Origin: Octopus vulgaris
Lineage: Eukaryota
Assembly: GCA_951406725.2 (NCBI GenBank)
Contig: OX597835.1
Location: 27,652,001 to 27,716,000, forward strand
DNA: 64,000 nt
Direction: 5' to 3'
Below the pieces are notes generated by a model. The model was not told the DNA's origin. It was given only the letters and a program-made list of their open reading frames with translations, and did not search any database. A program made the position numbers and the translations under genes. This document shows positions 40,371 through 53,013 of this stretch, one piece after another; position 1 is the stretch's first letter; every line of letters starts with the position of its first letter.

Positions 40371-40905
40371 AATGTCTCATGTAGCTCACTTCTTACTAAA
40401 GATTGCCCATGCTTGCACTGGAGTGTACGTGGGAGGGCGGGGAATGGAAGGGACCTTGTTCCTCAGAACTGTGGCAGAGAACTATAATTAGTGGAACACA
40501 TGTTTAAATGATTGTTGTACTGCAAGAACCATGCATTTCTTCTGCTTACTTTGCAACATACAATGAAAAGGTGTAGAATTGCGTTCAGCTTTTTGTTGAA
40601 GGAAAAATTTCGCAGAAGAACACAAAGTAAATTTAATAAACAGAACTAGAGAAATTGCGTGAAGTTCTGCTTGGTTAGGATTGGGAACAAACCACAAATT
40701 CATGTGCAACGGAATTATTCTACGGCATGTCACCAAGAATCACCAACTCTTAATACCCAACAGCTATGAATAGTCAAAGATGGCAATAAACAAGCCTTCT
40801 ATATATATATATATATTTAGTCTTAGATTCAAAATGCGGTTCATTTCTTTCCTGATATTAATAATGTTGTTACTGACACAGCAAACACTGTAGTTATGAG
40901 TTCAA

Positions 40906-40950
<45 letters not shown>

Positions 40951-40955
40951 CATAA

Positions 40956-41005
<50 letters not shown>

Positions 41006-41189
41006 ATATTGCATCTTTGGTTCAGTCACCCATTTATTGCATTTCCAATGTGAGAGTGACGACAAAGGAGAGCATCTGTGCAACTCGGGTGGAATGAATA
41101 CTACAAAGGTATTTTTCCTTGAATACATTGGGATTGGGTTATTGATTTTCTCAAGACATATGCTACATGCACACTTACAAATATTTATT

Positions 41190-41247
<58 letters not shown>

Positions 41248-41421
41248 GTGTGTGTTTGTATGTATGATGGATTTTTGTACAGATTGTGATTCTATCTACA
41301 ATGATTCCACTCACAATGCACTGAGTTTGACTAAAAATCCCTCAAAGCCGTGCCCCAGCATGGCCACAGTATAATGACTGAAACAAGTAAAAGATAGAAA
41401 AAATATTTCTATTATTAAATA

Positions 41422-41923
41422 CTAGCAGTATCGCCCAGCGTTGCTTGGGTTTGTAAGGGAAATAACTATATAAACATTTTTAGAGAGTTATAGCCAAAAA
41501 ATAGCAAAAAAAAAATGCATTAAAAATGGAAAAAAAATTATGGTAAATTTTTTTAAAAATCGTTGACTCATCGTAGACATTTTTAGAGAGTTACTTCCCT
41601 TATATAATAGCGAAAAAAATGCATTGAAATGGAAAAAAATGATGGTAAATTTTTTTAAAAATCGTTGACTCATCATAGACATTTTTAGAGAGTTACTTCC
41701 CTTATATAATAGCGAAAAAAATGCATTAAAATGGAAAAAACTGATGGTAAATTATTTTTAAAATCGTAGACATCGTAGACGCGCGCTAATACCCAGAAGG
41801 GCTCGATATGAATCACGACTATAAGATACCCGGTTTTGGTTACACTGCACCGCAAAATGTGGGAGTAGTTAGGAATCTAAATCGTAGGAGACAGACACAC
41901 AACTTGACTTTTATATATAAAGA
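41422..41923 (-). mobile_element. Non-autonomous Helitron with an internal ~102-bp tandem triplication
   Basis: A|TCTTTATATATAAAAG 5' end and the same 3' hairpin plus CTAG|T as 6733-7119. Units start at 41475, 41578 and 41680. Confidence 0.75.
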
Positions 41924-42332
41924 TAATTAGGAATTGTAAGACTATGGTAGAAACCACTTAACTAAGGTGCCAAGCAGAGGGATTGAACTAGCAGCATGTG
42001 GATGTGAATTATGGCACCAAGTATTTATCTTGGTTTTGCAGACCAAAATCAAGTCTAACACAAGCACAATACCTTAAATTTTGGAGGAGGAGGGGGTCTT
42101 GCCATTCATATCAACCCCAACATTTGCTTATTTTGTTGAACCCAACCCTTGAAAGTCAAAGTGGACCTTGGTGAGTCTGAATCACAGAATCTACAGAGAC
42201 ATAAATATATACTCTGCAAGAGAAATTAGGGTAAAGAATGGATTATAATCCAAGTTGTGGATTATTTTTGAATCTTTGTGGAATTATGGATAGGAAATCC
42301 ACACATTTTCTAAATGCATAAACCTATTATGA

Positions 42333-42361
<29 letters not shown>

Positions 42362-42369
<8 letters not shown>

Positions 42370-42470
42370 TCCGCCTTAGCGAAGGTGGGGGTATTGTTTT
42401 CAGTTGTGTTTGTTTGTTTGTGGACAAGACATCTCAAGAACCGCTGGATAGATATGGACGAAACTTTCAG
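42362..42470 (+). mobile_element. Helentron-associated (HINE/DINE-1-like) 5' fragment
   Basis: TTATTACCTCCGCC...GGTATTGTTTTC followed by (GTTT)n and GAAACTTTCAG, a typical HINE layout. Confidence 0.5.
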
Positions 42471-42941
42471 GACTTATTCTTTTTAAGCCTAGTACTTATT
42501 CTATCGGTCTCTTTTGCTGAACTGCCAAGTTATGGGGATGTAAACACACCACCATTGGTTGTCAAGCGATGTCAGAATTCTGAGTTCAAATCCTGCACTA
42601 GCTTGCAAGGGTGGGAGATTTAATCCGTTGCCTGATTCAGTGGCATCAATTGGCACCTTGGTGGAGGTGTAATGCTTAGTGGTTAGGGTGTTGGACTTGT
42701 GGCCATAAGATTGTGGTTTCAATTCCTGGACAGGGTGATGGGTTATGTTCTTGAGTGAAACACTCCATTTCACATAGTTCCAGTCCATTCAGCAAAGCAA
42801 AAATGAGTAATCCTGTGAGAGACTGGCGTCCCATCCAGGTGGGGAAAATATAGGCCATGGAACCAAGAAACCAGCCCTAATGAGTTGGTATGGCTTAAGA
42901 ATTTAACTTTACTTTTTTTTTCTCCTTAGCATCCTGGTTAC

Positions 42942-43066
42942 CTTCAGCAGAGTCCACTCTGTTGTAAGCACTGAAACAAAGATGTCCAGTTTGAGGATAA
43001 CGTCCTCCTTCCCAACACAATCTCAGAGGCTCTGTGAAGGGCCACAAGCACTGCTTTCCCTCTTGA
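42942..43066 (-). CDS. Candidate 125-nt exon (phase 2 to phase 1): QEGKQCLWPFTEPLRLCWEGGRYPQTGHLCFSAYNRVDSAE
   Basis: Long pyrimidine tract ending ...atgctttag| and donor AAG|GTAACC. Only the phase-2 entry frame is stop-free. Peptide not recognised. Confidence 0.4.
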
Positions 43067-44667
43067 CTAAAGCATAAATAAAAAAAAAGAAGAGAAAATT
43101 AAAAGATTAAAAAAACCCAAAGAAGCCAAGTGACTGCCAATTCAATGGCATATTATCATTTACATGATATATTCCTCTGACGTCAATTCATCGTCAATTA
43201 CAAAATGACATCGTTGACAGCATTGACTCGTCTTTTTCATGGATATTAATATTTTTTTTTTTTATTACAATGTTTTCTGATTGATGTATGCATAAATTTT
43301 AGTATCATTAATGGAGAGAAATTGTTTCATTTTTTATTTAATATTTTTATATAACTTCATCAGAGTGCTTTTATTCTATACTTTCCCCACCCCACTCCAC
43401 CAACCATGGAGATCTTGTAATAAGGTTATAGTCACTTCCCCATCTTCCCAATTAATCCCTCTCCTGCATGAAAAATGAAAAAAAAAGACCCCTCCCCCAA
43501 AATAAAAAAATAAAAAATGGGATTTCCAACAGACAGACTGTCACGGCATTAAGCAGATCAGAGAGAAGCCCCTCCCTTGCAAAGGACAAACTGTTGCTAT
43601 TGTAGATCTATGAAGGCAGTGAACTGGCAGAATCGTTAGCATGCCGGGCAAAATGCTTAGCCATATTTCGTCTGACGCTACGTTCTGAGTTCAAATTCCG
43701 CTGAGGTCGACTTTGCCTTTCATCCTTTCGGGTTCAATTAGATAAGAACCAGTTATACACTGGGGTCAATATAAACGACTTAATCCATTTGTCTGTCCTT
43801 GTTTGTTCTCTCTGTGCTTAGCCCCTTGTGGGTAGTAAAGAAATGGGTATCTCGTCTGTCTTTACATTCTGAGTTCAAATGCCGCCGAGGTCGACTTTGC
43901 CTTTTATCCTTTTCTGGTTGATAAATTAAGTACCAGTTGTGTACCGGGGTCGATCTAATCGGCTGGCACCCTCCCCAAAAATTTCAAGCCTTGTGTCTAG
44001 AGTAGAAAAGAATATTTATAATTTAAGGCGGCAAGCTGGCTGAAACGTTAGCATGCTGAGCGAAATGCTTAGCGGTATTTTGTCTGTCTTTATGTTCTGA
44101 GTTCAAATTCTGCCAAGGTCGACTTTGCCTTTCATCCTTTCGGGGTCGATAAATTAAGTACCAGTTGTGTACTGGAGCCGATCTAATCGACTGCCCCCCC
44201 CACTCACCCAAAATTTTGGGCCTTGTGCCTAGAGTAGAAAAAAATTGTTGTTTTATGCGATGGTATTAGTGAAAGCATGTGGGTTTTGTGTTTTTGTGGT
44301 TAGAGTGTTAGGCTTTCAATCTGGTTTCAATCCACACAGCAAACAGCAGTGTAGACTGGAACCAGATTGTACTCATGAGCAAAGGCAGTCCGTTTCACAT
44401 TGCTATGGTTCACTCAGCTGGGAATGAATGCCAGCAGTAGCAGCTGGGGAGTTAACATTGTGATGGACTGGTGTGCCATCCAGGGAGAGTGTTCATGGAT
44501 ATAATAGCTGGTTGATATGACAGCATGAGTTCTGAGTAAACCCTACTGCACTCAACTTGATGATGGTGGTGGCGGTGGTGATGGAGATTATGATGAATGA
44601 TATATATATATATGATAGATCGTTAGCTACTACACGCATTTTTTTCTCTCCTTGTTTTTTTCTGTGT

Positions 44668-44707
44668 ATCTTTCTGTGGAAGAGCGTAGGCTCGAAATGT
44701 AAAAGAT
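44668..44707 (+). ncRNA. Second copy of the CUGU-core hammerhead motif (repeat about 44620-44800)
   Basis: ATCTTT-CTGTGGA-A-GAGC-GTAG-GCTC-GAAA-TG-TA-AAAGAT. Flanks match 23598-23768 in the opposite orientation. Confidence 0.55.
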
Positions 44708-44795
44708 TTTTTTCTATTCCTGAGCACTATACTAATACATTTGTTTGTTTGTACACCACCTGCCTTCGTCTTTTGTTTATTTTCGTAAACTTTCC

Positions 44796-44841
<46 letters not shown>

Positions 44842-45893
44842 TCTTTTACTTGTTTCAGTACTTTGACTGTGGCCATGCTGGAGCACCACCTTTAATCAAA
44901 CAAACTGACCCCAGGACTTAACTGTCCTTATTTACCTGGTGTTAGGAACATAAATTAACATAAAATTTTTTTGAAGTTTCTAAATTAGATTACTTTAACT
45001 CCTCACCATTCAGACTAGTTATTCACATTGTTTTGAGTTAATCATGCATTATCTCATACCTTTGACAATTTGATGGTGTGATGCTTATTTTTAGAATGGC
45101 AGAGTAGGGTAGGTGTGTGAAGCCATATCTGGCTAATTTGAACATAAAACAAGAAGGAAAATTAGGCTGGACATGACTGGTTAAAATGTTAAAGGGTTAA
45201 GCTGACCATATTTGGATAAAATATTTTATCTTTTTTATGTTCAAACTATCCAGATCTTGCCTCTTACACTTAACCCACAATCACATCATCTAAATCTCAA
45301 GCTAGGAGACAATGATGATTGAGACCTATTGAGTCAAGTACATCAACATCAAAATAAATATCAAATGGAAATTGTAGTTGTGATACCTGTGCCCGTGGCA
45401 CGTAAAAAGCACCATCCGAACGTGGCCGATGCCAGCGCTACCTTGACTGGCTTCTGTGCCAGTGGCACGTAAAAAGCACCATCCGAACATGGCCGATGCC
45501 AGCACTGCCTTAACTTGTTTCTGTGCCTGTGGCACGTAAAAAGCACCCACTACACTCACAGAGTGGTTGGCATTAGGAAGGGCATCCAGCTGTAGAAACA
45601 CTGCCAGATCAGACCAGGCCTGGTGCAGCCTCCTGGCTTCCCAGGCCCCGGTCGAACCGTCCAACTCGGGCTAGCATGGAAAACGGACGTTAAATGATGA
45701 TGATGATGAATTTAAATGAACAAGCATAACATCTGACAGAGGAATCCGAATTCTAAAGGGTTAAAACAGGAAGTTTGTATCATAGAAAAAGGGGCCAGTT
45801 TCAGGTAGATTGGTGCTGAAAGGGTTCAGGAGTTCACTTGACAACAGAGACGAAACTGAAGAATATTTGCAAACTGAATGTTTTCAAACTTAC

Positions 45894-45953
45894 CTGTAGT
45901 CTTGTGTGCTTTGTCTGCTTACATTCAAGGAAGAAACATGGCTGTCAACAGGA
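45894..45953 (-). CDS. unc-13: 60-nt phase 2-2 exon of the same gene: (S)PVDSHVSSLNVSRQSTQDY
   Basis: Branch-like CCTTAC, then ctttctctcccaacag| acceptor and consensus donor CAG|GTAAGT. Phase matches the upstream phase-2 donor. Confidence 0.7.
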
Positions 45954-46183
45954 CTGTTGGGAGAGAAAGGTAAGGTTTTTATTAAGATTTCTTTGAAATT
46001 GTTTGATTTTATAAAAGACAAAACAAAATGAAAGTGACTTTCAGACACATGACCACAAAAACACAAATTTCTGTACGTCACTGCCTCATGAAGGTCACTG
46101 ATAGCTCTCACTGTGCATGCTACTGTGTGCTGCCATCTGTTGGCATGCTACAGAACTAGTCTGGGAACTTTTTGATACCACCT

Positions 46184-46265
<82 letters not shown>

Positions 46266-46379
46266 TATATATAGATAGATAGATAGATAGCATACTCTAT
46301 ATCTCTCTGCCTCTTACACTAAAAATAGCCACAAGACGACAGCAGCAGTGGTCACTAGACAAGTTTCAAGTGTGTATAA

Positions 46380-46476
46380 ATACATATACACACACAAAAA
46401 TATAATGCTTGTATGTATACGCATGTATATAAGTGTGTACATATATATAGAAATGCACACACACTCACACACACAA

Positions 46477-46519
<43 letters not shown>

Positions 46520-46630
46520 TAAACACATATATATATATACACATATAAACACATAAATATAATGCATGTATGTGTACACATGTATATAAGAGAGTGTACA
46601 TATATATAGAAATGCACACACACACACACA

Positions 46631-46686
<56 letters not shown>

Positions 46687-46775
46687 ACGTAAATATAATG
46701 CATGTATGTGTACGCATATATACAAGTGTGTACGTATATATAGAAATGCGCATATGCACACACACACAAATACAT

Positions 46776-46806
<31 letters not shown>

Positions 46807-47110
46807 AACACGTAAATATAATGCATGTATGTGTACGCATATATACAAGTGTGTACGTATATATAGAAATGCACATATGCACACACACACAAATACATAC
46901 ACACACACATATATATATATACACATATAAACACATAAATATAATGCATGTATGTGTACGCATGTATACAAGTGTGTACATGTTTTTATAGAAATGCACA
47001 TACACTCACACAGAAATACATGCATATATATATACATATATAAACACATAAATATAATGCATGTATGTGTACGCATGTATACAAGTGTGTACATATATAT
47101 ATAGACACAC
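46380..47110. repeat. Higher-order repeat (~120-bp units containing AT/AC microsatellites)
   Basis: AAATATAATGCATGTATGTGTAC..AAGTGTGTAC..AGAAATGCAC recurs 5-6 times. Confidence 0.8.
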
Positions 47111-49069
47111 GCGCACATGCACACACAAACACACACATATATTTCGAAAGTTTAGTATTACTCATTGTAAAATGCCAACCCAAAGGTCATTAGAAGTGCA
47201 TATTTTAGTTCGTTTAAATAAGTGAAGTACGTACATGTTTTATTGATTGAGAAACGATGGCATAAAACAGATCAATAACTTCTCTCTCGCAATGACCATT
47301 AAGACATTCAACAATCTAAACTATGTGAGGAGTACTTAAAATTTCAGTTTGCTGTTTATAAATCTGTAGAAAGAAGCACAACTTCCTTCGGATCCGTTTT
47401 ATTTACAGTTTAGCCTTTTTAATATAAACCATTGCATCAGAGGTCGGACGTACTTTGTCAACTGTTCACTACTTTATTGACCTTGAGAGAAATTGAAAGC
47501 CCAGTCAAAGTCAAAAACCAAACAGCCTGAAGGAAGCCCCCCCCCCGCTTCTATGCATATATATATATTTCTATATTGCCCACAAGGGGCTAAACATAGA
47601 GGGGACAAACAAGGACACAGAAAGGGATTAAGTTGATTATATCGACTCCAGTGCGAAACTGGTACTCTATTTATTGACCCCGAAAGGAGGAAAGGCAAAG
47701 TCAACCTCGGCAGAATTTGAACTCAGAACATTACGACAGACGAAATATCTATTTCTTTACTACCCACAAGGGGCTAAACACAGAGAGGACAAACAAGGAC
47801 AGACAAAGGGATTAAGTTGATTATATTGACCCCAGTGTGAAACTGGTACTTTATTTATCGACCCCGAAAGGATGAAAGGCAAAGTCAACCTTGGCGGAAT
47901 TTGAACTCAGAACGTAATGACAGACGAAATACTGCTCAGCATTTCGCCCGGCGCGCTAACATGTCTGCCACCTCACCACCCTACTATGCATACATATAGG
48001 AGCAGGGATGGCTGTGAGGTTAAGAAGCTTCATTTATAATCACACGGTTACGGGTTCAATCCTACTATGTGACATTTTGGGACGACCGATGCTTGTGAGT
48101 GAAGTTGATAGGCAGAAACTGTATGAAAGCCTATTGTTACTGTGTGTCATTAACATAGCAAGTGGGGTGGGGGAGGAAAGTGAGTGGTGGTCTTCCGTGG
48201 GCAGCACTTTTATGGGGACAGCACCACTTTTGGGTCTGCTGTAGTCAGCATGTTTCCTTTGTTGGGGCTCCAGGTGTGGCACACACTCTAGCTATGCTAG
48301 TGCTGTGTGTGTGTGTATGTTTGAGTCTGCGTTTGTCCCCCTCCACTGTGATCAACAACTGATATTGGTTTATTCATGTCCCATAACTTAACAGTTCAGC
48401 AAAAGAGACCAATAGAAAAAGTACCAGACTCAGAAAAAAAAGTAAAAATCTGAAAATAAATACTGTGTACTTGACTGATCCTTAATTTATCGACCCCCAA
48501 AAGGATGAAAGGCAAAGTCGACCTCGGCAGAATTTGAACTCAGAACGTAGTGGCAGAAGAAATACAGCCTAAGCATTTCGCCCGGCGCGATAACGATTCT
48601 GCCAGCTCACAACCATAGCAATGATGATGATGATGATGATGATGATAAGGATAACAATAATAAAAATTTATAATAATAATAATAATAATAATGATAATAA
48701 TAATAATAAAAAACAAATCACAGCACATACCCAAGGCACACAGAGCTGCGCTCGGTAGTGAAGTGAAAGCACGCTATAAAAATAAAACTACTGAATAATA
48801 ATAATAATAATAATAATGAAATCAGAAAAACTGGAAATCCATTCAAATATCCATACATAATAATAAATCGGTATTTTATGATGTAACTAAATCTTTCATG
48901 GCATTTTGTCCAAATACTAATGATTCTGCTAATCCACTGCACCAAATACAAAAAAATAATAAAAATAGAAACTAAAAAAAAAAAATTCAAAGCCCAACCA
49001 ACAACAGTTGGGAACCCACTCAAATATCCATGCATAATAACGAACTAATATTTTCAATTTGTTACATAC

Positions 49070-49144
49070 CTATCGTTTATGAAAGATTGTGGTCTACTAT
49101 TTGGTCTGCTGTTATAGTAGAGCAGTTCTGAATCAGTATCACTT
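49070..49144 (-). CDS. Candidate 75-nt symmetric (phase 2-2) exon created by tandem duplication of the 3' end of the 277-nt exon
   Basis: ttttttgtatatggtag|AAGTGATACT...AACGATAG|gtatgt. Encodes (R)SDTDSELLYYNSRPNSRPQSFIND, with 2 substitutions relative to the parent copy. Confidence 0.35.
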
Positions 49145-49274
49145 CTACCATATACAAAAAAATAATAAAAATAGAAACTAAAAAAAAAAACTTAAAAATC
49201 CAACCAACAACAGTTGGGAACCCACTCAAATATCCATGCATAATAACAAACTGATATCTCAATACATTACATAC

Positions 49275-49551
49275 CTATCGTTTATGAAAGATTGTGGTCT
49301 ACTATTTGGTCTGCTATTATAGTAGAGCGGTTCTGAATCAGTATCACTTCTACCAGGGTAATATACCCCATCTTGATAATAATCGGGCTCACGTTCATAC
49401 CCGCGGTCGAATGACCCGAAATCCTCTTTGCTGTCATTGTGCTGCATTCGAAATCCATGGTCTCCGCGAAACTGATGGGCTGAGCTGTTGTGTTGATGCT
49501 GCACGGGGAAGTTGACATCACTTGTATAGTCGCTATCTTCGGACATACCAG
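49275..49551 (-). CDS. unc-13: Internal coding exon of an unc-13/Munc13-like gene (linker after the C2A domain)
   Basis: Acceptor tttttgcag|CTGGTATG (phase 1) and donor GATAG|gtatgt (phase 2). The open frame GMSEDSDYTSDVNFPVQHQHNSSAHQF...DSEPLYYNSRP resembles the SEDSDYTSD / N.S.HQ motif I recall from invertebrate UNC-13 (vertebrate Munc13 has DSDYRSE...NASVHQY). It is CpG-rich unique sequence inside repeats. The ATG is probably internal. Confidence 0.75.
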
Positions 49552-49733
49552 CTGCAAAAATATAACGAGCAAGTGATTAAATGGTGTTTATCCAAATTCA
49601 AATTTTTGCTCAAATATGCATTGAAACACAATAAGCGCTTTTTTTTAATAGCTCAAAATAATACAACCGGATGCAACAGAATCAAATCATATATGGAAAA
49701 GCAACTTTTAATCATGAATTTGAAAATGAGCAA

Positions 49734-49778
<45 letters not shown>

Positions 49779-49961
49779 TATAACAATTATAATAAAGCAA
49801 ATCAGAGAGAATAATATACCAACAATAGAAACAAAAAGACTACTATGTGTGTATATATACATATGGATGTGTGTGTGTGTGTGTGTATATACATATGGAT
49901 GTGTGTGTATGTATGTGTATATATACATATTGATGTGTGTGCGTATATATATACATATGGA

Positions 49962-50006
<45 letters not shown>

Positions 50007-50042
50007 GGATGTGTGTATGTATATATATATATACATATGGAA

Positions 50043-50073
<31 letters not shown>

Positions 50074-52264
50074 CATATGAATGTGGGTGTGTATATATAT
50101 GTATATACATATGGATGTGTGTGTGTGTTGTGTGCGTGTGTGCACATGTGCGTACCAAGTCTAAGTAAAAGGCATTAATGCTTCAGCCACAGTCTCATGT
50201 TTTAATTCAAGAAAATAACTTGATGGGATTAATTTCACTGCTAAATGAAATCGAAGTAATAACTTCCATTTTGAAAACTTCAACAAAGAAATACAGTAAA
50301 GATAAACAGCATCATTTTAACTTTTGAATTGGAGATCCACACACACACACGCATATATGTGTGTGTATGTGTGGGAGCGTGGGGCTTTGTAGTGAGAGTG
50401 TGGGGTACTCACAATCACAAGATTGTGGTTTCGATTCCTGGACCTGGCTGTGTGTTCTGTGTCAAGCAGTGGTGGGAGACAAACACAGATACAAGGATAC
50501 ACACACATACACATACCCGTATATATACGATGGGTTTCTTTCAGTTTCTGTCTACCAAAGGCATTTACAGTGTTATACATCACTGGTCACAATGCACTTC
50601 TTCACAGTCAAATGGACTGGTGCAATGTGAAATGAAGTATTTTGCTCAAGAAAAAATAATATGCCACCATACTGGGAATTGAAACCACAGTCTTGTGATT
50701 ATGAATGCAACACCCAAACCACAAGACCATGCACCTTCATATTCATATATACATGTGAGTATGTGTGTGCGTGCATATGTGTCATGTGACTGACCAGGCT
50801 ATTACATGTTGTTGTATATCACTGGTCACAATGTGCTTTGAATCATTTTAGCTTTCAGATGATGTCAGTCTGCTGGCTTAGGTAAAGCAGGCCAACATCC
50901 GTCCTGATCAGAAGGCTCATCTGTCACAGGGTTAGCCATTTATAGCTGAATCAGTTGGAGCAATGGGAAATGAAGAGAGAGAGAGAGAGTGTGTATGTGT
51001 GTGTGTGTGCGCATGTATTGTTTGGCAGGAATCAAAAAATTTTAAATGATTTAAACACTAAAAATTCATCCATACTAGAAAATGATTTATGAATAATTAA
51101 GTGTATATAATAAAAATCACCGTATACATAAGTCGATCTATAGGTTCTTAATATACAATAAAGAATCCAGATTTTACAAATAAAAATTAATAAGTGAATA
51201 ATTTCAGAATTAAGCCTCAAGCATTGTACTTCATATAACATATGGAACAGACTTTAATGGCAAAAAACATCGTTGTTTATACAAAGATAATGTAAGCATG
51301 AAGTCAAGTGAAATAATTAGCTTTGCAAAATATTAGTTCGATAAAGAATGGCTCATACTGATAAAAGAGTCTTGGAGAAATTACCAATTGTTTCGACTAA
51401 AATCAAGGTAAGAAGATTTATAACGGAATCTTAATATCATTTTAGATAAGTCTTTGTGAAATTGTGAAATTTAATCTACTGCTTTCTTGGAAACAAATAT
51501 TATGAATAATAATAACTACATTAAAATCTTAACTTTTCGCAAAGTGTTGATAGAATACAGAATATATAAAATGCAAATAGCCATTCTGTTTATGGTTGAA
51601 TAAATATCTTGAAATCAAATAGATTAATTACAAAAGAGAGGAATTTTCTCGGTGGAGAATGGTAGTTCAGTTGTGCTAAAATCTAAAATTAATTTTCCTG
51701 AAAATAATATTTCTTTGAAGATATTTTTCACTAAATAAGATTAATTCTGTTCTTCTGTTTTTCTTTCTATTTTTTTTTTTTTGTTATTTAAATTATTCAG
51801 ACATATTTTTATTTTTATTTTCAAATTGTAAATTTCCTAAAACTTTTAAAAAGAATCCTTTACAGAATAATTTAAGAACAAAATAAAATAAAATAAAATA
51901 AAATAAATATATAAATAGATATACAAATAAACAAATAAAACTGTTATATAATCACTATATCTTTCCTCACCAGTAATTACCAAAAAAAAACAAAAAAAAA
52001 AAAAGACAGTATTTCTAACATATATCAATCACTAGCAGAAAAGAATGTTAGCAATAATAAACGTACATATACAAAAATAAAAAAGAAAAAAAAGAAAAAG
52101 ACAAAGAAAAAAAAAAGGAAAATGGAATTTTGGAAATAATCCATCAAAACAAAAACTGAAATGACGGTTTAATCAATGAGATAATAATAATAATAATGAT
52201 AATAATAATAATAATAATGATAATAATGATAATAATAATGATAATGATAATAATAATAATAATG

Positions 52265-52309
<45 letters not shown>

Positions 52310-52640
52310 GACAAGAGAAACCACAAAGAGTTACTAGAGGGGAATATCATAATCAGAGTGTTATACTTGCATATTGCATGCAGATATCTAGGTGAACACA
52401 AATGTCACATAGGACCTAAGTGGAAGATGCATGAAACTACATGTGAAGTGTGGAAAGAGTGTTTTATATTTTTATAAGGATTTACTGTGACAAGATACTT
52501 CAAATGGTTATAGCAATTATGTAATGACTGACGGCCTTCGGTATTCAGTATTAGAATAAGGTCGATAGGTTGGACAGGTTTTCAAATTTTGATATTCCTT
52601 GATTCCCTTTTTCGGAGCTCGAGGTTTGTGGATGTGTAAA

Positions 52641-52676
<36 letters not shown>

Positions 52677-52726
52677 CATGTGTATATATGTATGTGTTTA
52701 TATACATATATATATGTGTATGTATG

Positions 52727-52757
<31 letters not shown>

Positions 52758-52873
52758 ACATATATATGTGTATATCTATCTATCTATATATATATATATA
52801 AAATATATATACAAATACATGTGCAAATATATATTCACATGTGCGTGTATATATATATATGTATATCTATCTT

Positions 52874-52951
<78 letters not shown>

Positions 52952-52958
52952 TAGATAA

Positions 52959-53011
<53 letters not shown>

Positions 53012-53013
53012 CT

